Source: an uncultured Gemmatimonadales bacterium (GTDB lineage: Bacteria; Gemmatimonadota; Gemmatimonadetes; Gemmatimonadales; Gemmatimonadaceae). Taken from it: a stretch of DNA of 64,000 nt. Below the pieces are notes generated by a model. That model made no database searches. It saw only the letters and a list, made by a program, of their open reading frames with translations, and was not told the DNA's origin. A program made the position numbers and the translations under genes. The DNA lies in NCBI GenBank assembly GCA_963701965.1, contig OY969695.1, positions 352,001 through 416,000 on the forward strand, written 5' to 3'. The stretch's first letter is position 1. Every line of letters begins with the position of its first letter. Below are positions 56,464 to 64,000 of the stretch, piece after piece.

Positions 56464-57404
56464 GCCGCCTGCCCCGACGGCTGGGCGGCCGCTTCGGCGG
56501 CGCGCACGGCGCCTTCGGTCTCCTCGAGCACCGCGCGCGCGTCGCGCGCCACCGCCGCCGCACGCTCGGCCGTGACGGCGCGCTGCGCGAACTTGACCAG
56601 ATCGCTCTCCTCCAGCACACCGCGCAATCGGACCAGCGGCACGCGCGCGTCATCACGGAGGGCGTCGAGCAGCTCGCCCGTCGTGAGCGACAGCCCGGCG
56701 CCGGCAACCCGGCCGTTCAGATAATCACGCACGATCTGCGTGACCAACGCGACGTAGCGCCCGCGCTCGCCGGCCTCGATAAGTCCGAGATGCTCCAGCC
56801 GCGTCAGGGCCTCGATGGACTCGACGTAGGGATCGGCCGGTCGCGCCGGCGTTCGGCCGCCGCGGCGGGCCAGCCACCAGAGAACGAGCAACAGCAGGAG
56901 CATGGCGCCGATGCCCACCGCGTAGCGCCACCACCACGGTTCCGCCGGCGTCAGCACGGGACGCGCGGGCCGCGGCGTCCGCCGCCCGGTATCCTTGGGC
57001 GCCGGCCCCACGCGCCGCACGATGACACTGAGCGCGCCCAGCGGCAGCTCGCGGTCGACCGGCGCGGCGCCGGCCGCGCCCCACATGCGGACGACCGCGC
57101 TGGGAATGCCGATCGACTGCCGTCCGACATCCCACGCCGCCAGCCGGTACGTGGCCGTCGCCTCGGCGAACGCCGTGTCCGGCGCGTCGACGACCTGGCG
57201 CGTATCGAGCGCCTGCACGGTGCCCGTGGAGTCAGGCTCCGCGGCGAACTGAATGCGGGCACCACGCGGCGCTCGCACGCGCACGATGACCCGGAAGGGC
57301 ATGCCCACGGTCACGGTCTCGGGCACGACGCGGACCCCGAGCATGATCGAGTCGGGCATGGGCGCTTGGCCCAGCCAGAGGCCGGCGAGCGCGGCGAGCA
57401 ACAT
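56460..57404 (-). CDS. Hypothetical membrane protein of the bat cluster
   Basis: Single TM plus TTGEL...DLVKFA motif. Lies between DUF58 and batA. Confidence 0.75.
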   Translation of the reverse strand: MLLAALAGLWLGQAPMPDSIMLGVRVVPETVTVGMPFRVIVRVRAPRGARIQFAAEPDSTGTVQALDTRQVVDAPDTAFAEATATYRLAAWDVGRQSIGIPSAVVRMWGAAGAAPVDRELPLGALSVIVRRVGPAPKDTGRRTPRPARPVLTPAEPWWWRYAVGIGAMLLLLLVLWWLARRGGRTPARPADPYVESIEALTRLEHLGLIEAGERGRYVALVTQIVRDYLNGRVAGAGLSLTTGELLDALRDDARVPLVRLRGVLEESDLVKFAQRAVTAERAAAVARDARAVLEETEGAVRAAEAAAQPSGQAA

Positions 57405-58384
57405 CAGGCATGCCCGGCGACGCGACGGCGGTGCTGCCGCGTCGCCCGCGCGCGAAAGAACGCCAGCAGGGGCTCGACCACGCCGGCGTCGGTGCGGATG
57501 GCGACCTCGTCGATCGCCAGGCGTCGAAACAACTGCCGGCGCGCCGCGCGTTCGTCGGCGACCAGCTGCTCATAGCGGGAGCGCACCGCCGCGCGACTGG
57601 TGTCGACCACTATGGTCGCACCCGTCTCGGGATCGGCCAGCCGCACGGGCCCCAGGTCGGGCAACGTCCGCTCGCTCGGATCCTCGACGGTGACGGCCAC
57701 GACGTCGTGCTGTCCCGCCAAGCGCTTCAAGGGCTGCTCCACGCCGCTGGCCTGGAAGTCGGAGATGAGAAACACGATCGCGTGGTGCGACAACAAGCGT
57801 CCCAGGTACTCAATGGCTCCAGCCAGGTCCGTGCCGCGCCCGACCGGCTCGAACGCCAGCATCTCCCGGATGACGCGGAGGACGTGCCGCCGTCCCTTCT
57901 TTGGCGGGACGACGAGCTCCACGCGATCCGTGAATAAGACCGTCCCGACGCGATCGTTGTTCCGCACGGCGGACATCGCCAACACGGCGCCCAGTTCCGT
58001 CGCGGCATCGCTCTTGAACCGGCGCGCCGTCCCGTATCGCTCCGAACCGGAGAGGTCGACGGCGAGAACGACCGTCAGCTCCCGCTCTTCGACATACCGC
58101 TTGACGAATGGCCGGCGCATGCGGGCCGTGACGTTCCAGTCGATGGACCGCACCTCATCGCCGGCCTGGTACTCGCGCACCTCGGAGAACTCCATCCCCT
58201 GCCCTTTGAACACCGAGCGGTACTCGCCCGTAAAGAGCGAGTTCACGAGGCCGCGCGTCCGGAGCTCGATGAGCTTGACCTGCTTGAGGACCTGGGCGAC
58301 GCTGGGCGTCGCCAGATCCCGGGTCGGTTCGACTGATCTCGGCTGCGCCGAGATCCTCGGCGGGACGTTCACGGGCTTGCCCAT
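57404..58384 (-). CDS. DUF58 domain protein
   Basis: GMEFSEVREYQAGD, IDWNVTAR, EEREL, ISDF. Confidence 0.93.
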   Translation of the reverse strand: MGKPVNVPPRISAQPRSVEPTRDLATPSVAQVLKQVKLIELRTRGLVNSLFTGEYRSVFKGQGMEFSEVREYQAGDEVRSIDWNVTARMRRPFVKRYVEERELTVVLAVDLSGSERYGTARRFKSDAATELGAVLAMSAVRNNDRVGTVLFTDRVELVVPPKKGRRHVLRVIREMLAFEPVGRGTDLAGAIEYLGRLLSHHAIVFLISDFQASGVEQPLKRLAGQHDVVAVTVEDPSERTLPDLGPVRLADPETGATIVVDTSRAAVRSRYEQLVADERAARRQLFRRLAIDEVAIRTDAGVVEPLLAFFRARATRQHRRRVAGHA

Positions 58385-59379
58385 CAGGGACTCTCGATCG
58401 CCGCCAGCACCCGTTGCACGATCGTGTCGCTGGTGACGGATTCGGCCTCGGCCTCGAACGTCGTGACGATGCGGTGCCGCAGGACGTCGGGCGCGATCGC
58501 CTTGACGTCGTCCGGCGTAACGAACGTGCGGCCGCGCAGGAAGGCATGCGCGCGGGAGGTCTGCGCCAGCGCGATCGTCGCCCGCGGCGAGGCGCCAAAC
58601 TCGACCAGCGAGGCCAGCTCCTTGAGACCCACGGCTGCGGGGGTGCGGGTCGCGTGAACGATCTCGACGATGTACTCGACGATGCGGTCGTCCATGTACA
58701 GCTCGGCGATCCGGGCCCGGGCCTCGAGGATGGCGGCGGGCGTGGCCACGGCCTCCACCGGGATGGTCGCGCCCGTCGACATCCGGCGGAGAATCTCGCG
58801 CTCCTCTTCGCGCGTCGGATAGCCGACGCGCAACTTCATCATGAAGCGATCGACTTGCGCTTCGGGCAGCGGATAGGTCCCTTCCTGCTCGATCGGGTTC
58901 TGCGTCGCCAAGACCAGAAAGGGCTCGTCGAGCGGATAGGTGGTCCCCCCGATCGTCACCTGCTTCTCCTGCATGGCCTCGAGTAGCGCGGCCTGGACTT
59001 TGGCGGGCGCGCGGTTGATCTCGTCCGCCAACACGATGTTGGCGAAGATCGGACCTCGCTTCACGGAGAACTGTCCGTTCGACTGATCGTAGACCTGCGT
59101 CCCGACGACGTCGGCGGGCAGGAGATCGGGCGTGAACTGGATCCGTTGAAACGATGTGTGAATGGTCTCGGCGAGCGTCCGCACGGTGAGCGTCTTGGCG
59201 AGCCCCGGCACGCCTTCCAACAGCACGTGGCCACCCGTCAACAGGCTGATCAACAGCCGCTCGATCATGTAGTCCTGCCCCACGACGCGCCGCGCGACCT
59301 GTCGGGCAACGGCTTGCGCCAGTGGGGCGTCGGTCGTGGGCGCCGGCGGCACCACCGCCAGGGGCTTAGTCCCCGGCAC
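58384..59379 (-). CDS. MoxR family AAA+ ATPase
   Basis: HVLLEGVPGLAKT, RIQFTPDLLPAD, DEINRA, ATQNPIEQEGTYPLPEAQ. Confidence 0.95.
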   Translation of the reverse strand: MPGTKPLAVVPPAPTTDAPLAQAVARQVARRVVGQDYMIERLLISLLTGGHVLLEGVPGLAKTLTVRTLAETIHTSFQRIQFTPDLLPADVVGTQVYDQSNGQFSVKRGPIFANIVLADEINRAPAKVQAALLEAMQEKQVTIGGTTYPLDEPFLVLATQNPIEQEGTYPLPEAQVDRFMMKLRVGYPTREEEREILRRMSTGATIPVEAVATPAAILEARARIAELYMDDRIVEYIVEIVHATRTPAAVGLKELASLVEFGASPRATIALAQTSRAHAFLRGRTFVTPDDVKAIAPDVLRHRIVTTFEAEAESVTSDTIVQRVLAAIESP

Positions 59380-60088
59380 TGACCAGCGCCTCGATCGCCC
59401 GTCGTTCGGTGGTAGTGAGGCCACGGCTCGTGCCGGGAGCCAGCGTCCCAAGCGCCACGGGTCCAAAGCGGGTGCGAACCAGCCTTTCCAGATCGAGCCC
59501 CAGCGCCACGCACAAGCGGCGGACTTCGTGATGGCGACCTTCCGTGATCGACACCTCGAATTCCCACCGCCGCTGGCCGATCGCCCGCGCCGCCACCTCG
59601 GTCGGCCGGACGATGGCGCCGTCGTCGAGCGCCACGCCGCCGCGGGCCGCCCGCACCGCGCCGGCCGCATCGCCCCGCACCGTGGCGACGTACGTGCGCT
59701 CCACGGCGCGGCTCGGATGCGTGAGCCGATGGGCCGCCTCGCCATCAGTCGTGAACAACAAGACGCCCTCGGTCATGTAGTCGAGCCGTCCAACGTATGT
59801 GAGCCCTGGGGTCGGCGGCACGAGATCGAATACGGTGCGCCGGTCATCCCCGTTGGCCCGCGAGCTGAGGACGCCCGGGGGCTTGTGCAAGACGATCCAC
59901 GTGGCGTGCGCCGGCGGCGGCGCCACCGCGTTCCCGTCGACGGTGATCCGGTCGGTCGCGGGATCGACGGATTGACCAATGCGGGCAAGGCGGCCGTTGA
60001 CCTGCACGCGGCCGGCGGCCACGAGCTCATCGGCCCGGCGACGGGACGCAATGCCAGAGCGCGCCAGCGCGCGCTGGATGCGCATCAT
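59366..60088 (-). CDS. rluB: rRNA pseudouridine synthase (RluB/RsuA family)
   Basis: S4 domain RIQRALARSGIASRR, VGRLD, EGRHHEVRR. Confidence 0.85.
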   Translation of the reverse strand: MMRIQRALARSGIASRRRADELVAAGRVQVNGRLARIGQSVDPATDRITVDGNAVAPPPAHATWIVLHKPPGVLSSRANGDDRRTVFDLVPPTPGLTYVGRLDYMTEGVLLFTTDGEAAHRLTHPSRAVERTYVATVRGDAAGAVRAARGGVALDDGAIVRPTEVAARAIGQRRWEFEVSITEGRHHEVRRLCVALGLDLERLVRTRFGPVALGTLAPGTSRGLTTTERRAIEALVSAGD

Positions 60089-60630
60089 GACGGCGCGAGG
60101 GGACGGAGGGCCACGGCCAATTCATCGGCCCGGGGCAGCTCGCCCAAGTGCCGCAGCGCGAACTGCTCCAGGAATACCGGCGTGGTGCCGTAGAGCAGCG
60201 GACGGCCCAACCCTTCGGCGCGCCCCACGACGTCTACGAGGCCCCGTTCGAGGAGGGTCTTGAGCAGGTTGCCGACGGACACGCCCCGGATCTCTTCGAT
60301 CTCGGCACGCGCGACGGGTTGCCGATAGGCGACGAGCGCCAGTGTCTCCAGCGCCGCGGCCGACAACCGCTGCGGCCGCGTGGCCAACTGGGCCCGCTCG
60401 ATGGCCGCGGTGAACTCGGCCCGAGTCAGGATCTGCCATCCGCCGCCCGCCTCCACCAGCTCCACCCCGTGCCCGCCTTCCTCGTGGGCGTAGTGATCGC
60501 GGAGTTCGGCGAGCGCGGCGGTGATCTCCGCGGTGGTCACGTTGGGGTCGAGGGCCGTCAGTTCCTCGAGGGGCACGGGCATGCCGCTCGTGAACAGCGC
60601 CGCCTCAAGCAGCTTCGCTAACGGGCTCAC
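60085..60630 (-). CDS. scpB: SMC-Scp complex subunit ScpB
   Basis: LEAALF, LSAAALETLALVAYRQP, GRPLLYGTT. Confidence 0.95.
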   Translation of the reverse strand: MSPLAKLLEAALFTSGMPVPLEELTALDPNVTTAEITAALAELRDHYAHEEGGHGVELVEAGGGWQILTRAEFTAAIERAQLATRPQRLSAAALETLALVAYRQPVARAEIEEIRGVSVGNLLKTLLERGLVDVVGRAEGLGRPLLYGTTPVFLEQFALRHLGELPRADELAVALRPLAPS

Positions 60631-61318
60631 GCGAGATCTCCACATCGCCAAACGGGGCGGGCTGTCGAATCAGGCACTCGCCCAACCGGGCGAGCTCCAA
60701 CAGGGCAAGCAACACGGACAACGCCCGCCACGGCTCGGCCTCGGCGGACACCAGGTCGCGCCACCGTCCGCGCGACCGCTCGGCCAACATCGCGCGGACG
60801 GCGATGAGCGCGCCTTCGACGTCCAGGGCGCGCGGCATGACGGAATGCACCGTCGGCCGCACGGCGGACCGCAGCACGCGATCGACGGCGGTCAGGAGCT
60901 CGCCCATGGAGACCGACAGCAGAGCCGGCGGGCGCGCGGGGTCGCTGGCCCGGGGCGGCACGGTGCGCGCGAACCGGTTCCGCCGCGCCTCGCCCAGCCG
61001 ATCGAGCACGTCGACGAGCTCGCGCACCTGTTGGTATTCGAGCAACCGCCGCACCAACTCGGCGCGCGGGTCCTCCCACGCGTCATTGCCGTCCGGACGG
61101 GGCAACAACAACTGGGCTTTGATGCGCAACAGACGGGCCGCCATGTCGAGATAGTCGGCGGCCGCATTGAGGCCGAGGGTCGCGATGCGCGCCAGGAACT
61201 GCTCGGCGACGCGGGCGATGGGGATGTCCCAGATGTCGATCTGCTCGTCGCGGATCAGCGTCAACAAGAGATCGAGCGGTCCATTGAAGTGCGCCAGCTC
61301 GACTACGAAGGCGGACAT
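60605..61318 (-). CDS. scpA: Segregation/condensation protein A
   Basis: FNGPLDLLLTLI, DPRAELVRRLLEY, LLEL. Confidence 0.95.
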   Translation of the reverse strand: MSAFVVELAHFNGPLDLLLTLIRDEQIDIWDIPIARVAEQFLARIATLGLNAAADYLDMAARLLRIKAQLLLPRPDGNDAWEDPRAELVRRLLEYQQVRELVDVLDRLGEARRNRFARTVPPRASDPARPPALLSVSMGELLTAVDRVLRSAVRPTVHSVMPRALDVEGALIAVRAMLAERSRGRWRDLVSAEAEPWRALSVLLALLELARLGECLIRQPAPFGDVEISREPVSEAA

Positions 61319-62016
61319 ATTCCCGTCTTGCACATCCAAATGTCGGCCCCCGGCAGCAGGAGTGAGCGCACCGCGCTCAGAAGACTATTGGCCAGCATGA
61401 AGCCCGGCGTCAACCAGTAGTACACGAGCGGCGTGGAGAGGAGCAGGAGCAGGATGAAGATGCCGAAGAATCCGACGCGTTGATACTGGACCGCCCACGC
61501 TGGCGGCAACAGGTACTTCATCACGTGCGAGCCGTCGAGCGGCGGAATCGGCAGCAGGTTGAAGAACAGCAGCTCGATGTTGATGGTGACACCCACGCCG
61601 AGCATTGCCTGCGCCACGGCCAAAGCGGCGCCCAGACTCGGGATCGCGCGACCGAGGACGCCGAGCAGGGCGACGACCACGGTAAACACCAACGCCAGCG
61701 CGAGATTCGTGGCCACGCCCGCCAACGAGACAATGATGTCGCCCTGCTTGAGGCGACGGTAGTTGCGGGGATCGACGGGAACGGGCTTGGCGCCGCCGAA
61801 GACCGGCAGGTGCAGCTTGAGCAGCACCAGCGGCAGCACGATGGTCATGAGCGGATCGATGTGCCGCAACGGATTGAGGCTGAGACGCCCGCGATCGCGG
61901 GCCGTCGTGTCGCCCTGGGCCAGCGCCGCATACCCGTGTGCGACTTCGTGCGCGATCACCGAGAGCAGGAGGACTGGCGCGATCAGCGCGATGACGAGAA
62001 TGCTCTGGGAGTCCAC
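61303..62016 (-). CDS. Site-2 protease (M50) family protein
   Basis: HEVAHG, LNPLRHIDP, NLLPIPPLDGS. Confidence 0.93.
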   Translation of the reverse strand: MDSQSILVIALIAPVLLLSVIAHEVAHGYAALAQGDTTARDRGRLSLNPLRHIDPLMTIVLPLVLLKLHLPVFGGAKPVPVDPRNYRRLKQGDIIVSLAGVATNLALALVFTVVVALLGVLGRAIPSLGAALAVAQAMLGVGVTINIELLFFNLLPIPPLDGSHVMKYLLPPAWAVQYQRVGFFGIFILLLLLSTPLVYYWLTPGFMLANSLLSAVRSLLLPGADIWMCKTGICPPS

Positions 62017-62037
62017 CCCTCAAGCTACTGTGGCGCC

Positions 62038-62066
62038 TTGACATCCGCGATCAGGGCCGGTAGCTT
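62038..62066 (+). promoter_or_regulatory. rpsT promoter
   Basis: TTGACA-17nt-TAGCTT. Confidence 0.7.
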
Positions 62067-62104
62067 CACGGACTTGTTTGCTCACTATCGTGGAGAGTTG
62101 CGTC

Positions 62105-62341
62105 GTGCCGAATATCGCGTCCGCGAAGAAGAATATGCGCAAGACCCGCGCGGCCACCGTACGAAACCGGGCCCAACGCTCGGCGTTGCGGACTGCGCTC
62201 AAGAGAGCGAAGGAGCCGACCTCCTCGGCGCAGGATCGTCTGGCCGCGACCAAACTGCTCGACCGCGCGGCGCGCAAAGGGCTCATTCACAAGAACGCCG
62301 CCGCCCGGCATAAGAGTCGTCTCGCCCGCCCGGCCGCGTAA
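62105..62341 (+). CDS. rpsT: 30S ribosomal protein S20
   Basis: MPNIASAKK...KGLIHKNAAARHKSRL. GGAG RBS. Confidence 0.95.
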   Translation: MPNIASAKKNMRKTRAATVRNRAQRSALRTALKRAKEPTSSAQDRLAATKLLDRAARKGLIHKNAAARHKSRLARPAA

Positions 62342-62362
62342 CGCCTGGGGCATCAAATAGGG

Positions 62363-62388
62363 AGGCCGGCCGCGAGGCCGGCCTTTTT
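62363..62388 (+). terminator. Intrinsic terminator after rpsT
   Basis: AGGCCGGCC-GCGA-GGCCGGCCT-TTTT. Confidence 0.85.
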
Positions 62389-63446
62389 CACATCGCGGCC
62401 AGCTCGCCGCCGCAGCGCTCGCAGTACCACTCCGTCGGGTAGTTCATACTCCCGCACTCCGAACACTTGAGCGATTTGACCTGCTCGATCGGGACGTCGC
62501 GGAGAAACACGGGCACCGATGCATCGCCGCGCGGCGTTGAATCCGTGCGCTTGTCGCGCAGGGAGATGTCGTTGAGCGTGCCCGCCTCGGGCGGCGTCGC
62601 GAATTTCCGCGCGGCGGCCGGCACACCCGCCATTGGCGTCCGCGGGCGCTCCGGGGCCGGCTTCGCCGCCGGGGTCCCCTGGCCTTCTGCCCGCGGATCG
62701 ATGACCGACTTCAGAAATTCGAGCTCGTCGAACATGGTCGGCTCGGCTTTCGGCGCGCCGGGGTCGGCTCTTGGATCAGTTCTGGGCTCCGGCTTTGGGG
62801 CCGCGGCGGCCGGACGCTTGAGCGCTCCATCGGCGGTGCGCGGCTCGGGCGGGCGAATCCGCGGCGCCTCCGGCGCCAGCTCTGGTGCCGGCATCGGCGG
62901 CGGACCTGCGCTCACATTGGCGGCTGGTGCCGGAGCCAGAGCCGGTGGCAGCGACGCCGACGCGGCCCCCGTCGACGCGACCGCGGGCGGCAGCGGCTCG
63001 GGCCGGCGACTCTTGGCCATGTTCAGCAGCTGTTGGAGCTGCGCCAGCTCCGCGGTGGTCTCTGACCGCTCGGCGGTCAGCCGGGTGATCTCGGCGTCCG
63101 TGGTGTCACTGAGCTCCTGCCACTTCTCATGGGAGTATTCCCCCACGGCCGCGCGGAGCTCCGCTTCCGACCGCTCGTCGCGCCGCTGATTCTCCTCGGA
63201 CTCCAGCGCGGAGAGCCGCTCGCCGAGCAGGTCGACCGACTGCTGCAGCTCGGTGGACCGGCCTCCGAGCTGATCGAGCACCCCGGACAAACGGGCCTGA
63301 TAGTCCCCGTGCACGCGCGCGTACACGTGAGGCGGCGTGATCGCCCGGCGCGATTCCAGCGTCGCCAGCCACTGTTCGTAACGCCGCCGCTCGCTCAGGA
63401 GCGCGGTGATGACATCTGTCGGCTTCTCTGCGGTCCCCGTCACCAT
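62388..63446 (-). CDS. Hypothetical protein: coiled coil, Pro/Ala linker, C-terminal zinc ribbon
   Basis: Helical N-terminal half. Ends in CSECGSMNYPTEWYCERCG. Confidence 0.8.
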   Translation of the reverse strand: MVTGTAEKPTDVITALLSERRRYEQWLATLESRRAITPPHVYARVHGDYQARLSGVLDQLGGRSTELQQSVDLLGERLSALESEENQRRDERSEAELRAAVGEYSHEKWQELSDTTDAEITRLTAERSETTAELAQLQQLLNMAKSRRPEPLPPAVASTGAASASLPPALAPAPAANVSAGPPPMPAPELAPEAPRIRPPEPRTADGALKRPAAAAPKPEPRTDPRADPGAPKAEPTMFDELEFLKSVIDPRAEGQGTPAAKPAPERPRTPMAGVPAAARKFATPPEAGTLNDISLRDKRTDSTPRGDASVPVFLRDVPIEQVKSLKCSECGSMNYPTEWYCERCGGELAAM

Positions 63447-63484
63447 CTCTGCATAATTAGCTGTGACAACGTCCTACGCCAGCC

Positions 63485-63521
63485 CCACTAGCAAGGTGCT
63501 GAAAAACGCACCTGCTAGTGG
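63485..63521. repeat. Intergenic palindrome (REP-like or terminator-like)
   Basis: CCACTAGCA-AGGTGC-TGAAAAAC-GCACC-TGCTAGTGG. Confidence 0.5.
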
Positions 63522-63554
63522 CGTCGGTTGAACTGAGCTCCGTTGCGCGGAGCT

Positions 63555-64000
63555 CTACGACGCCACCCGGTGGACGATACGGCCCCCGACGATCGTACAC
63601 ACCGCCTGGCCGCGTAGCTCGCGGCCGGCATACGGCGTGTTCCGACCCTTGGAAAGGAACTTCGCCGGGTCGACCACCCAGCGCCGGCTCGGGTCGAAGA
63701 TCGTGACGTCCGCCACTCCGCCGCGGGCCAGCGTCCCCCCGGGCAAATGAAAGAGCCGCGCGGGCGACACCGACATCCGTTCGATGAGATCGGCCCACGA
63801 CAGGATGTCACCTCCGACCAGCGTCGTGACGACCACGCCGAGGGCGGTTTCCAGGCCGACGATGCCGTTCGGCGCGTCGGCGAACTCCCGCTCCTTCTCG
63901 TCATAGTGGTGCGGGGCGTGATCCGTCGCCACGAGATCGATCGTGCCATCGCGCACCGCGCCCTGCAACGCCTCGACATCCTCCGCCGTGCGGAGCGGCG
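63555..64000 (-). CDS. pyrC: Dihydroorotase (3' part, runs off the window end)
   Basis: PPLR...IDLVATDHAPH, APNGIVGLET, SKGRNTP. Confidence 0.93.
   Translation of the reverse strand, partial: PLRTAEDVEALQGAVRDGTIDLVATDHAPHHYDEKEREFADAPNGIVGLETALGVVVTTLVGGDILSWADLIERMSVSPARLFHLPGGTLARGGVADVTIFDPSRRWVVDPAKFLSKGRNTPYAGRELRGQAVCTIVGGRIVHRVAS

Overview
High-GC bacterial chromosome segment. Gene content and order suggest Gemmatimonadota (inference). Most of it is housekeeping on the minus strand: murI, selC-selD-ridA-fhs-tatD-secF-secD, ribF-truB-rbfA-infB-L7Ae-nusA-rimP, murA, gatCAB, pcrA/uvrD, serS, groES-groEL with a perfect CIRCE, coaX-birA-uppP-bshA-miaA-mutL, a moxR-DUF58-bat cluster, rluB-scpB-scpA, rpsT and partial pyrC. 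One ~9 kb accessory region (about 9.7-18.6 kb, between secD and ribF) holds a signal-peptide RHS/YD protein with an HEXXH metallopeptidase-like tip, two paralogous lipoproteins (candidate immunity), a HipBA-like module, and three copies or fragments of a DUF4384-like gene. Several features are missed by the ORF track: (1) SelD is a selenoprotein with an in-frame UGA in CAGUASK, and its stop codon lies inside tRNA-Sec. (2) Hairpin repeats echo the tRNA-Sec 3' end. (3) A 357-aa intein with a GIY-YIG-like insert sits in PcrA/UvrD. (4) A 3x65-bp double-hairpin array lies in the groEL 3' UTR. (5) MiaA appears to lack its central insertion domain. Single-base indels in essential genes (infB, gatA, pcrA, miaA) point to consensus errors, so pseudogene calls are tentative.
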